Shown piece by piece: positions 35,324 through 45,239 of a stretch of 63,496 nt of DNA. The stretch spans positions 1 through 63,496 of the forward strand of contig CAYHVQ010000001.1 of NCBI GenBank assembly GCA_964360435.1, given 5' to 3'. The position numbers were made by a program, and so were the translations under genes. This DNA is from an uncultured Gammaproteobacteria bacterium (GTDB taxonomy: Bacteria; Patescibacteriota; Patescibacteriia; CAYHVQ01). Position 1 is the stretch's first letter. Each line of letters begins with the position of its first letter. The notes beneath the pieces were generated by a model. It was not told where the DNA came from. It did no database searches and saw nothing but the letters and a program-made list of their open reading frames with translations.

Positions 35324-36670
35324 ATGGCAACCAATCATCCATCCATTTTTAAGGCGTACGATTTTCGTGGAAAATATCCAGCGGATTTTGAGGACGATTT
35401 CGGTTACTGGCTTGGGCGTGCGTGCGCCGTATTTTTTGGCATTCCTGATATTGCCCTTGGGTGGGATATGCGCGCCGGTGATCAGGCGTTTGCTAAGCGA
35501 TTTACCGCAGGCGCCAATGAACAAGGTGTGAATGTCACACAGGTTGGGCGGATCGCCACGGATATGATCTACTTTGCCGCTGGGCATCTGAATATGCCGG
35601 GAGTGGTCTTTACGGCGTCGCATAATCCTGCCGGATGGGTGGGGGCGAAGTTTTGCCGAGCGGGTGCGTCTCCCGTGAGCGAGGAAACTGGACTGAAAGA
35701 CATTCGCGCGTTGCTTGAGAGTAAAGCGTTTCCGGCATCTGCTGCGACCGGTACAGTGCAAAGCGTGGATATTCTTCCCGCGTACGTTCAACATTTTTCG
35801 ACCATCGTGGATGTTCCCGCAATCCGTCCTCTGAAAATTGTGGCGGATGCCGGAAACGGGATGGCGGGGGATGTTGTTCCAAAAGTTTTTGGATCTTTCC
35901 CTGTCGAAATCATCCCGATGTATTTTGAACTTGATGAAACTTTTCCGAATCATCCGCCAAGCCCGATCGAGCCGGAAAATGTTCAAGATTTGATTGCAAA
36001 GGTTCAGGCGGTGGGAGCGGATTTTGGGATGGCATTCGACGGGGATGCGGATCGCGTTTACTTCATTGATGAAAACGGCGGACGGATTAGCGCGTCGTTT
36101 ATCACAGCCATGATCGCGGAGCGGATGCTCGCCAAAGAACCCGGCGCGTCCGTCGTGTATAATGTCCCCTCTTCGCACATTGTCCGCGAGGTCGTTGAGG
36201 CGCGCGGGGGAAAAGCGATCCGCGAGCGCGTCGGGCATTCGTTCATTAAAGCGACGATGCGGACGAATGACTGTATTTTTGGAGGAGAACATTCTGGCCA
36301 CTTCTTCTATCGCGACATGTATTTTGCCGACAGTGCGATTGTGACGGCCGCCGTCGTGATGGAAATTGTCTCGAAGTCCGGAAAGAAGTTTTCCGAGCTT
36401 GTCCGCGGATATGAGCGGTATTTTGCGATCGAAGAAACAAATTTTTCCGTAGAGGATAAGGCCGCTGTAACGAAAAAATTAGAAGATCAATATGGCGCGG
36501 TCGCGAACAGCGTTGACCGCCTCGATGGGATCACGTTTGAATTTGAGGATTGGTGGTTTAATGTTCGGGGGTCGAATACCGAGCCGAAACTCCGGTTGAA
36601 TCTGGAGGCGACGACGGTGGAATTGCGGGACGCAAAATTTGCCGAACTCGGCGCGGTGTTGAAAGGATGA
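35324..36670 (+). CDS. phosphomannomutase/phosphoglucomutase
   Basis: Active-site TASHNPAG, metal site FDGDADR, GGEHSGH sugar-binding loop. Confidence 0.85.
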   Translation: MATNHPSIFKAYDFRGKYPADFEDDFGYWLGRACAVFFGIPDIALGWDMRAGDQAFAKRFTAGANEQGVNVTQVGRIATDMIYFAAGHLNMPGVVFTASHNPAGWVGAKFCRAGASPVSEETGLKDIRALLESKAFPASAATGTVQSVDILPAYVQHFSTIVDVPAIRPLKIVADAGNGMAGDVVPKVFGSFPVEIIPMYFELDETFPNHPPSPIEPENVQDLIAKVQAVGADFGMAFDGDADRVYFIDENGGRISASFITAMIAERMLAKEPGASVVYNVPSSHIVREVVEARGGKAIRERVGHSFIKATMRTNDCIFGGEHSGHFFYRDMYFADSAIVTAAVVMEIVSKSGKKFSELVRGYERYFAIEETNFSVEDKAAVTKKLEDQYGAVANSVDRLDGITFEFEDWWFNVRGSNTEPKLRLNLEATTVELRDAKFAELGAVLKG

Positions 36671-37413
36671 TCGGGTTTTTTGATTCCGGCATTGGCGGCT
36701 TGGGAATTTGGCGCGCGGTGCGGTCGCGCCTTCCCCATGTCTCCACCTGCTATGTTGCGGATCAAGCGTTTTGTCCCTACGGGACGAAGGCGGTTAAGGA
36801 AATTGTGGAGCGCGCGCGTCGGATTTCTCAATGGCTCATTCAGGAGGGCTGCACGATGATTGTTGTGGCTTGCAATACCGCTACCGTGAATGCCATGGAT
36901 CGGTTGCGAGCGGAGTTTGACGTTCCGTTTGTTGGGACAGAACCCGGTATCAAACCCGCGCAACAAGTCTCTCGAACGGGGACGATCGCAGTCTTGGCAA
37001 CAGCTCGAACGATTGGGCGATATGCACAAGCGTCTGATGTTCAGTTGTTGACGGCGCAGGGATTGGTAGAAGAGATCGAAAAATTTGATTGGGAAACGAG
37101 TGCGCGGCTCCAAGCCATTCTAGAGGAGGTTAAAACGCAACTCGCCCCTCGTGTGGATACGTTGGTCTTAGGCTCGACACATTTTGCGCTGATTGAGGAT
37201 GTTGTCCAGCAGGTTTTTGGAGATGAGATTACGCTCATCAATACGAATGATGCGGTTGCTTCTCAAGTAGAACGAGTCGCAAAAACCGTGGCGTTGGATC
37301 GCGGCGATCATCAGTGGCTGACCACGGGAGCATCCGATGATGTCTTGCAAAAGTTAAAAATCGTTTGGCAGTGCAAGGAGGTGAGGATTGATCGAGGAGA
37401 GATTCCGTGTTAA
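36667..37413 (+). CDS. murI: glutamate racemase-like (second catalytic Cys replaced by Ser)
   Basis: FFDSGIGGL, VVACNTAT, VLGSTHF (Ser170 codon tcg at 37174-37176, where GCTH is expected). Confidence 0.75.
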   Translation: MIGFFDSGIGGLGIWRAVRSRLPHVSTCYVADQAFCPYGTKAVKEIVERARRISQWLIQEGCTMIVVACNTATVNAMDRLRAEFDVPFVGTEPGIKPAQQVSRTGTIAVLATARTIGRYAQASDVQLLTAQGLVEEIEKFDWETSARLQAILEEVKTQLAPRVDTLVLGSTHFALIEDVVQQVFGDEITLINTNDAVASQVERVAKTVALDRGDHQWLTTGASDDVLQKLKIVWQCKEVRIDRGEIPC

Positions 37414-37428
37414 GCGTGGAATGACACA

Positions 37429-38403
37429 TCACCGTAGTCCCATGGCTGAAAGGGCGATCGTGAGTGTTTTTTCAGCGATCGCGTTGGCACGCTGGGCTCC
37501 GTCGTGGAGCATTGCGTCAAGTTCGCGATCCGAGATCGCGTGGTAGCGTTCTCGAATAGGTTGAAGAAACGCATTGATGATTTGAACGAGATCTTGTTTG
37601 AAAGTGCCGTAGCTTTTTCCCGCGTATTGTTTTTCTAGTTCAGCAATCGGGGAATTGGTTAGCAAACTCATAATCGTTAGTAAGTTCGTGAGCGCGGGTT
37701 TATCTTTTCCGGCGCAGATTTCCGTTCCGGAATCCGTGACGGCGCGTTTAATTTTTTTCTCTACGGACGGCGCGTCATCCAAGAGAGAAATATAATTGAA
37801 TGGTGTCGGGGCTGATGCGCTCATTTTCCGCGCGGGATTGTCGAGTCCCATGATCCGCGCGCCTTGCTTCGGAATGTATGCCTGGGGCAATATGAAAATT
37901 TCGCCGAAGCGTTTATTGAACCGTTCTGCAATGGTTCGCGTCAGTTCAATATGTTGCTGTTGATCTTCTCCCACGGGAACAAGTTGGGGATGATAGAGGA
38001 GAATGTCTGCGGCCATGAGCGCGGGATACGTTAAGAGTCCCGCATTGATATTTTCCCCATGCTGGGAGGATTTATCTTTGAATTGCGTCATCCGCTCCAA
38101 TTCGGTGATTTTGGTGATCGTACTTAGCATCCATCCTAAGGTCGCGTGCGCAGGGACGTGGGATTGAACGAAGACCGTGCTCTTTTTGGGATTCAGGCCG
38201 AAGGCAAGGTAGAACCGAGCAAGCGCGCGAATGTTTTGGCGGAGATGTTCCGGATCTTGGCGGATGGTGATTGCGTGAAGATCCACGACACAGTAAAACG
38301 CCTCATAGGTTTCTTGAAGTTCAATCCAGTTTCGGATGGCGCCGAGATAGTTGCCGAGGTGAAGTTCCCCGGATGGTTGAATACCGGAAAGCACGCGTTG
38401 CAT
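37429..38403 (-). CDS. trpS: tryptophan--tRNA ligase
   Basis: GIQPSGELHLGNYLGA and KMSAS. Start at MQRVLSG. Confidence 0.9.
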   Translation of the reverse strand: MQRVLSGIQPSGELHLGNYLGAIRNWIELQETYEAFYCVVDLHAITIRQDPEHLRQNIRALARFYLAFGLNPKKSTVFVQSHVPAHATLGWMLSTITKITELERMTQFKDKSSQHGENINAGLLTYPALMAADILLYHPQLVPVGEDQQQHIELTRTIAERFNKRFGEIFILPQAYIPKQGARIMGLDNPARKMSASAPTPFNYISLLDDAPSVEKKIKRAVTDSGTEICAGKDKPALTNLLTIMSLLTNSPIAELEKQYAGKSYGTFKQDLVQIINAFLQPIRERYHAISDRELDAMLHDGAQRANAIAEKTLTIALSAMGLR

Positions 38404-38462
38404 ACAAGACGGAGTGTAACAGATCGGTGATGTTTTTGTCAAAATGACGCTCAAGTTACACC

Positions 38463-38522
38463 GTCATCCCGGGCTTGATCCGGGATCTATGGTATGCTGG
38501 ATCCTGTGTCGAGCACGGGATC
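38463..38522. repeat. GTCATCC-hairpin family element
   Basis: gtcatcccgggcttgatccgggatc ... cacgggatc. Confidence 0.55.
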
Positions 38523-38593
38523 TTGGATGTTAAGGAGGTGTGAACCCAAAAACCCCGCTCGGGACGTGAGCGGGGTTTGGAGGTTATTTGTTC

Positions 38594-41500
38594 CTATTGG
38601 GTGATCTCGTTGAGAATCACGCCGCCGCGGAAGTTTTTAGCAAGCGCCATGAATTGCTTGGACGCTTTTCCGCGTACATCAAAGATTTTGACGGACGGTT
38701 CCAGATCCGTTCCGCCGCCGGTCACAATGTCATCTTTCCCGTTTCCGTCTACATCCGCAAGCAAGCTATAGAATTTTCCCTTGGTTGAATTTGCGGGATA
38801 GGCGAAGAAGGTGCTGATGAGTTTTCCGTTACGGTCGAAGATGCGGGCGTGGGCGGATCCTGTTTCATTCGGGAAGGCGACGATTTCTAAGTCATTCCCA
38901 CCATTCACGTTTCCAACGCTAACGCGCGCGCCTCCTTTGGAGCCAGCGGTATAGGCGTTAAATTCGCGATTGAGCTTTCCGTCGGAGGAGTAAACGCGGA
39001 TTGCATTCCCGCCTTTATCCATTGAAACAACAATTTCGGATTTCCCGTCGCCGTCGAGATCGCGTACATGGAGCGATTCAATCCCGTTTTCCCACCCTTT
39101 GCCCGTTACATTGATCTGCCGCCGGACGGTGCGGTTATCATTGTAGATCGAAACGCGAGAAAGATCATCCGGCGTTGCCACAATCATCTCCAGCTTGCCA
39201 TTGTTATCCATATCCTCCAGCTCGAGGAGGCCGGCTTTCGGTGTCCCCAGTGCGGGGCTGATGAGTTTTCCTTTGCGATCGTGGATCAAAAGTGGTTTAT
39301 CTCCTTTGTGGGATGTTGTGACAATTTCCACTTTTCCGTCTCCATTAAGATCGCCTGCTCGGACATGGATGCGTCCGCGGTATTGATTTCCATACGGGAA
39401 GAATTGGCCGAGAAGTTTTCCGGCTGACGTGAACATCCGAACATGCGCGACAACATTATCGTGGGCAGGATAGGCGATGATATCCTCTTTTCCATTTCCA
39501 TCAAGATCGGCAATTTCGGTGTCCACGCCCAGACGGGTGGAGGGGCCGTACGCCATCCACGAGCCAACCATTTTTCCGTCTTTGTTCCAGATGGCGATCT
39601 GGGGGCCGCCTTTTGCGCGCGGCGTCACAACGAGATTTTTTGTTTTGCTTTGAATCGCCACTTTGGCTGCGCCGCCGCCCGAGGAGCTGTTCACGCTAAA
39701 GATGGTGAAGTGATCCACCTGCGCCTCAAAGTAATTATCGTCGGGATTCTGGGTCCCGTCCGCGGATTCATAGGAATTTTTGCTCTCATTCCAGAAGTCT
39801 AACCCGAGGTCTTTTTCGTCAATCCCATCGTCTTTGAGAACATCCTGGAGGTAGGGGATGCGGATGGTGACTGGGGTGTTGAACTTGGTAATGGACTCAT
39901 TGCTCGCGTTCACTGCATCAAAGTCCATGCCGTATGCAACCGGCATCTTTGCGGCCATGCGGCGAAGATCCGCAGTTGGGGAGCCGGTGACGGTGACGGT
40001 TTCGCCGCTGTTTCCAAGCGAACCGGATTCAATAACGAGCTGGGTTCCGTCCCGGAACGTGAGACGCTGGCTAACACCCGCATCGAACGAAAATGCTTCG
40101 GATGGAGGGACATCAAAACTTTCTTTCGCTAGCTTGAGATTCAAGGTCTGCGCCCCGCCGCTGTAAGTGATTTGCGTTTCCACCGCGCGATAGAATGTTG
40201 TTCCCTGCATGGAGTCTGAACCAACAAACCAGTTTCCTTTTGTGAGTGGTAGGGAGAATTTTCCGTCTTCAACCGGTGTCCAGCTGTGCGGACCTTCTGG
40301 GCTCCAAGCGTATACCCCGCCATGTTTGATTGTTTGTCCGCTGTCGGCATACGTTACGGTTCCTGTGAGTTGACCGTCAGATTTTTTGAATTGGAGCACC
40401 GCGGAAAGATTAGCGCCATCCGTAACCGTGAGCCGCGCCATATCCGGAGGAATGTAGTCACTCATGCGATCCGGAGGAAGACCGGCCGAGCAATCCCATG
40501 TGCCGGACGCTGCTGCGAGTGTTCCTTCGCCAGCGCTATTCGCTTCGCCTCCGATATTGAAGTGCCTGCCACCCTTGAAGTCACCGATGGCTTCGAGTCC
40601 TGGGCCATTGTCGCACCAGAGCCACGGGAAGCCGATGCGTCCGCCGTTCGGGTCAAGAACGGTGAGTTTAATGGATGCCGTTGCATTGGTAATATTGAGG
40701 TCGTGGGTGTAGGTTTGACCCGGATTGATAGTCAATACTGTTCCTTGCTCCCCATGCGTATTGAGGTATTTCGCGGAATTAAATAGATTATATCCCTGCA
40801 TGTATTGGCGTCCACCAAGGAGGTCAATGCGGTATTTTCCCGTTGCTTGGTCTACACGACCGTTTCTCCAGCTGGGGAAATTGACGTCCATAACATAGAT
40901 TTCCGCTTCCACGCCAGTGATGGCTTTTCCGTTGTCGTCTTTTAGGGTTCCCTGAATCGCGGCATCATTTTTGAGCGCCTTTAGGGTCACGTTGTAGTTT
41001 TGTCCGCTGACAGGATTGTCAACGGTTTGCGGACTCTCGATGGAGTATCCGGATTCTGGAGGGAAGAAAGCCATGATTTCGAATGCCGATGGGCCGGAGA
41101 CTGCGCGGATCGTTGCTGTGCCGTTGTTGATGCCCGCCCAGTAGCGGCTTTGGCCGTAGGGGTCGGTTTTGTCGTATGCTTCCGAATGTCCCCAGATATT
41201 CGAGACGAGGTTGCCGTCTGTGTCCACCAGTCGGACGAAAATGCTGATGTCGGAGAGTTTGACGTGAAGGGTTACGCCGGTGATCGTCTGATTGTCGGCG
41301 ACGTCAAACTCAAACTGCTGGCGATTGGTGTCTGTTTGAACGTAGTTATTATTTTCTCGTCCTTGATCCACATTCACGCCCCACCGGACGCCATCGCCGC
41401 CGAAAACCGGGATCGCCCAGGATCCATCGGCAAGGGAGGTTGTATTGCTCCATCCGTTGACGTTTTTGGAAGGATCGGGGTTGCGATTGATTGTCCACGC

Positions 41501-42952
41501 ATTGATGGGAACGCCGGAGACTCCCGTGCCACTGGCATCCACGACGGTTCCTTTGATCCAGGAGCTTTTGGTCTGCATGCTTAACGTCCCAACGTCTAGG
41601 GTTTGACTGGGGGCAAGCGTGATATTTACTGGTGTAAAGTAGTTTGTACTGTCTCCCTGCGTCCAAATATTGATCGTGTAGCTCCCGCTCGGCAGGGGAA
41701 TGGCAAATTTTCCGTTCTTATCGGTTTGACCCCAGTTGCCGATTCCCTCTTTATTGCGGATATCCAGTCCTTGATTTGCCAGTGCGACGCCATTGGAGTC
41801 CACAACGCTTCCGGTGACGGTGGTGTCTGTTTTTGTTACTTCAAAGGTGTAGGAGAATGTCTCTGGCGTGGAGTCGTCTGCAAATGTCACCGTCGGCGAG
41901 AGTCCGCGGTCATTGTAAATCCAATCCGCAGTGATCTGTCGCTGGTTTTCTTGATCCCATTTCGGATTGATCCCAAGGCGATAGGTTTTTCCCTTGGGAA
42001 CGAAAAATTCGGCTTGACCCGTGATGGCATCTACATCTTCCCCCATGCCGCCTTCGCCGGAAACCGGTGAGACCCATGCATTTGCCGTGGCGACGGGTGT
42101 TGTGGTGCCGGCGTAGAAGACTTTTAAGGTCACCTGTTTCACGGCGGCTTCTAAGGTTTTGTTTTTGAAGACGGTTGTTCCACTATAGGTAAAGCGTTCA
42201 GAGGCCGGTGCGACGTTCCCGTCTCGAAGGGCTTCGGGGAGGCCAATGGAGAGTTCATATCCCGTTCCAGTGATCAGGCCACCAATGGCGTATTGACCAT
42301 CGGGTCCGGTGCTGGTTCCGTATCCGCGGAGATTGGGGTTGTCGTATGGCCACACATTCACCCAGACGTCCGGCGCGCCCACGCCATTTTTATCCAAAAT
42401 TGTTCCTTGAACCGAAGGCGCTCCGTAAATGAGCGAATTCGATGCCGAGAGTTCAAGCTGCTCTCCGGATTGATAGGATGAAAGGTTGACGCGCTGAATG
42501 CCGATGATGCCGGGGTTGGTGACATTTTTAAAGGTGATGGAATGCGCTCCAGCGGAAAGATCAGCAGTCAGGTTAATCCAGACGTAGTTATAGATGGTGT
42601 CTTCTTCGTTCCGACTCATTGTTCCGGTAATCGTTGCGCTGGTAAATGTGGTTGCTTTTGCGATTTGAATCATGCAGGTTGACGACCAGTTTTCGCAGTT
42701 TCCAGCAGGTTGCGTGTTCACATTTAGCGTTTCCCCGGAACGGATCGCAGAAGGGAGTTGAAAGGTGAGCGTCAGATCCGCGGTGGCACTAAGCACCGTG
42801 CTCGTGGTCTGAACGGTAAAGTTCGGATCTGTATCGGCGGCTCGAGCTTTTTGATCCGGTCCGTGCGCGGGTAATGCTTGGGCAGGAAGAGACCAGACCG
42901 CAAGCAAAAGCCCGAAGACGAGAGCGGGGAGCGTGCGAACAAATGTTCTCAT
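38594..42952 (-). CDS. giant secreted protein: Ig/carboxypeptidase-regulatory-like repeats plus C-terminal FG-GAP/VCBS repeats
   Basis: Signal peptide MRTFVRTLPALVFGLLLAVWSLPAQA. Repeated G.V.D..G.. beta-sandwich-like units. C-terminal DLDGNGK.DI / DLNGDGKVEIV repeats. The 42991 start lies inside the upstream terminator hairpin. Confidence 0.7.
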   Translation of the reverse strand: MRTFVRTLPALVFGLLLAVWSLPAQALPAHGPDQKARAADTDPNFTVQTTSTVLSATADLTLTFQLPSAIRSGETLNVNTQPAGNCENWSSTCMIQIAKATTFTSATITGTMSRNEEDTIYNYVWINLTADLSAGAHSITFKNVTNPGIIGIQRVNLSSYQSGEQLELSASNSLIYGAPSVQGTILDKNGVGAPDVWVNVWPYDNPNLRGYGTSTGPDGQYAIGGLITGTGYELSIGLPEALRDGNVAPASERFTYSGTTVFKNKTLEAAVKQVTLKVFYAGTTTPVATANAWVSPVSGEGGMGEDVDAITGQAEFFVPKGKTYRLGINPKWDQENQRQITADWIYNDRGLSPTVTFADDSTPETFSYTFEVTKTDTTVTGSVVDSNGVALANQGLDIRNKEGIGNWGQTDKNGKFAIPLPSGSYTINIWTQGDSTNYFTPVNITLAPSQTLDVGTLSMQTKSSWIKGTVVDASGTGVSGVPINAWTINRNPDPSKNVNGWSNTTSLADGSWAIPVFGGDGVRWGVNVDQGRENNNYVQTDTNRQQFEFDVADNQTITGVTLHVKLSDISIFVRLVDTDGNLVSNIWGHSEAYDKTDPYGQSRYWAGINNGTATIRAVSGPSAFEIMAFFPPESGYSIESPQTVDNPVSGQNYNVTLKALKNDAAIQGTLKDDNGKAITGVEAEIYVMDVNFPSWRNGRVDQATGKYRIDLLGGRQYMQGYNLFNSAKYLNTHGEQGTVLTINPGQTYTHDLNITNATASIKLTVLDPNGGRIGFPWLWCDNGPGLEAIGDFKGGRHFNIGGEANSAGEGTLAAASGTWDCSAGLPPDRMSDYIPPDMARLTVTDGANLSAVLQFKKSDGQLTGTVTYADSGQTIKHGGVYAWSPEGPHSWTPVEDGKFSLPLTKGNWFVGSDSMQGTTFYRAVETQITYSGGAQTLNLKLAKESFDVPPSEAFSFDAGVSQRLTFRDGTQLVIESGSLGNSGETVTVTGSPTADLRRMAAKMPVAYGMDFDAVNASNESITKFNTPVTIRIPYLQDVLKDDGIDEKDLGLDFWNESKNSYESADGTQNPDDNYFEAQVDHFTIFSVNSSSGGGAAKVAIQSKTKNLVVTPRAKGGPQIAIWNKDGKMVGSWMAYGPSTRLGVDTEIADLDGNGKEDIIAYPAHDNVVAHVRMFTSAGKLLGQFFPYGNQYRGRIHVRAGDLNGDGKVEIVTTSHKGDKPLLIHDRKGKLISPALGTPKAGLLELEDMDNNGKLEMIVATPDDLSRVSIYNDNRTVRRQINVTGKGWENGIESLHVRDLDGDGKSEIVVSMDKGGNAIRVYSSDGKLNREFNAYTAGSKGGARVSVGNVNGGNDLEIVAFPNETGSAHARIFDRNGKLISTFFAYPANSTKGKFYSLLADVDGNGKDDIVTGGGTDLEPSVKIFDVRGKASKQFMALAKNFRGGVILNEITQ

Positions 42953-42973
42953 AGCTTTTTTGTCTATGCTAAT

Positions 42974-43001
42974 TAAAACAAAAACCGCCATTGCTGGCGG
43001 G
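42974..43001 (-). terminator. terminator-like hairpin (minus strand)
   Basis: Minus strand reads ccgcc-agcaat-ggcgg followed by tttttgtttt. Confidence 0.4.
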
Positions 43002-43221
43002 TTATAAAATGATTCACTGTGCCATGATTGCGGCCAGGATCAGCACTCCATCCAAAATACCGGTCATCTTCCTCCATCATCCGAAGTTTTGTCTACGATA
43101 ATAGAGTCATTATATCATAAATGAGTGCGTCCAGCAAATCCCAGCGAGGATGCTCCTACGCCGTGTTGATCGAGATGTCATCATGGATCCTATGTCAGGT
43201 ATGGGATAAGCTTAATCCTTT

Positions 43222-43291
43222 GTCATCTCGGACTCGATCCGGGATCTATGAAATAGATAGATTCCGGACGGCCAAGAGCCTCCGGAATGAC
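43222..43291. repeat. GTCATCC-hairpin family element
   Basis: gtcatctcggactcgatccgggatc ... tccggacggccaagagcctccggaatgac. Confidence 0.6.
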
Positions 43292-43294
43292 AAT

Positions 43295-45067
43295 TTACAC
43301 ATTGATCACAACCGGAATAATAAGCGGCTGGCGTTCGGTTTTGGTAAAGAGGAATTGGCCGATATCCTCCTGGAGTTTTTCCCGCAGGAACGTGGGGTTG
43401 GCGGCAAGATCGGGATTTTTGTCCTGCAGAATTTTTCGTGCGAGGTCTCGGGTTTCCTCAATTAACCCTTTGGAGTTTTTCATGTACACAAACCCGCGGG
43501 AGATGATATCTGGATTGCCCAGGAGTCGCCCGGTTCGGCTGTCGAGGTTGGCAATGATGACGACAATACCGTTATTGGCCATGTGCTGACGGTCGCGGAG
43601 GACGACGTGCGAAACATCGCCGACGCCTAATCCATCCACAAAGACGTAATCTGTTGGGACGCGAACTTTCGTGAGCGCGACTTCTCCGTGGGCGAGTTCC
43701 ATCACCTGACCATTGAGCGGTGTCATGACGTGTTTGTCATCATAGCCGATGCGTTTCGCCACCGACTCCGCATCTTTGAGGAAGGAGTGTTCTCCCATAA
43801 TCGGAGCGATATAGGCGGGGCGAACGAGGGAAAAGAGCAGCTTAAGATCCTCTTGTTGGGCGTGTCCGCCGGCGTGAATATCCATCATCTGATAATGGTA
43901 GACTGCCGCGCCTTCTTTCAGAAGAGCGTCGCGCAGACGAGCCACGGATCGTTCATTTCCCGGAACCACGGAAGAGGAAAAAATGACGCTATCCCCGGGT
44001 TCGATGTTAAAGAATCGGTGCTCGCGTGAGGCAATCCGCATGAGCGCCGCGCGATCTTCTCCTTGCGCGCCTGTGCACATGATGACGACGCGAGACGGGG
44101 GGAGTTTATTTGCTTGCTGGGGGGAGATGAGTAAATCTTTTGGGATGTTTAAATAGCCGAGCTGATGGGCGACTTCCGTTGTTGTCCGCATGCTGAATCC
44201 CTCAATGACCAGCCGACGTTTGTATTTTTGCGTCAGCCAAATCACCTGCTGAACGCGGGAAAGCAGGGAGGAGAAGGTTGCGACAATAATGCGTTTTTCC
44301 GCTTGAGTAAAGATTTTTTCGAGTTCTTTCCCGATTTCGGATTCCGATAGCTGATGCCCGGGCTTATTGGCGTTCGTCGAGTCGGAGAGGAGGAGATGCA
44401 CCCCTTGTTTGCCGAGAGTGGCGATACGGCCGAAATCCGCAGGCTGGTCAATGACTGGCGTGAAATCAAACTTCATGTCCCCGGTATGCATGATGTTGCC
44501 CTCGGGAGTTTTGACCACCATGCCGACGCAATCGGGGATGTTGTGGTTGACGCGGAAAAATTCAATGGTAAATGCTCCGAGGCGGATCGGACGATCCGGG
44601 TCAATGATGTGTAAATCGAGCGCGCCGAGGTGTTCAAAATCCGCGTGGCGTTTTTTGATAATGCCTACGGTTAGTTTTGTGCCAAAGACGGGTGGATTGC
44701 CGAGTTTGGGGGCAATGTGATCAATGCCGCCGATGTGGTCGTAGTGGCCATGTGTGATGACCATCCCGCGCACATTGCGTTCTTTTCCTTTGAGGTAGGA
44801 GATATTGGGGATGACATAATCAATCCCTGGCATGTCCTCCTCGGGAAATTGCAGGCCGCAGTCAATGAGGATGATGTCGTTCTTGTATTCGATGAGCGTA
44901 CAATTGCGGCCGACTTCTTCAGCGCCACCCAAGACAATAATGTTGACGTGTGCTCCGCGGGACGGCTCCGCGCCTTTGGTTGGAGAAAATCGGTGAACCG
45001 GACGGCGCGTTCGTTCGCGCATGGGGCGATGCGGTCGGTGAGACCGCCCTCCTAATGTTGATTGCAT
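43295..45067 (-). CDS. rnj: ribonuclease J
   Basis: MBL motif VITHGHYDHIGG, beta-CASP region, about 555-aa core with a basic N-terminal extension. Confidence 0.85.
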   Translation of the reverse strand: MQSTLGGRSHRPHRPMRERTRRPVHRFSPTKGAEPSRGAHVNIIVLGGAEEVGRNCTLIEYKNDIILIDCGLQFPEEDMPGIDYVIPNISYLKGKERNVRGMVITHGHYDHIGGIDHIAPKLGNPPVFGTKLTVGIIKKRHADFEHLGALDLHIIDPDRPIRLGAFTIEFFRVNHNIPDCVGMVVKTPEGNIMHTGDMKFDFTPVIDQPADFGRIATLGKQGVHLLLSDSTNANKPGHQLSESEIGKELEKIFTQAEKRIIVATFSSLLSRVQQVIWLTQKYKRRLVIEGFSMRTTTEVAHQLGYLNIPKDLLISPQQANKLPPSRVVIMCTGAQGEDRAALMRIASREHRFFNIEPGDSVIFSSSVVPGNERSVARLRDALLKEGAAVYHYQMMDIHAGGHAQQEDLKLLFSLVRPAYIAPIMGEHSFLKDAESVAKRIGYDDKHVMTPLNGQVMELAHGEVALTKVRVPTDYVFVDGLGVGDVSHVVLRDRQHMANNGIVVIIANLDSRTGRLLGNPDIISRGFVYMKNSKGLIEETRDLARKILQDKNPDLAANPTFLREKLQEDIGQFLFTKTERQPLIIPVVINV

Positions 45068-45149
45068 AAATAGAAGATCGGATAAAATTAAAAGTGATGG
45101 GATCGCTCGATTGAGAGGGATGAATCGAGCGGAAAATAGGGAAGAGATG

Positions 45150-45233
45150 TGCCACGGGAGAGATTTGAACTCTCACCCACGAACGTGGACAGCGCTCTGA
45201 ACGCTGCGTGTCTACCAGTTTCACCACCGTGGC
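45150..45233 (-). tRNA. tRNA-Leu (anticodon CAG)
   Basis: Cloverleaf drawn by hand. Acceptor GCCACGG/CCGTGGC; 3-bp D stem; anticodon stem CAGCG/CGCTG with loop TTCAGAG; long variable arm CCAC/GTGG; T arm GAGAG-TTCAAAT-CTCTC; discriminator A. CCA is not encoded. Confidence 0.9.
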
Positions 45234-45239
45234 TCGGAT

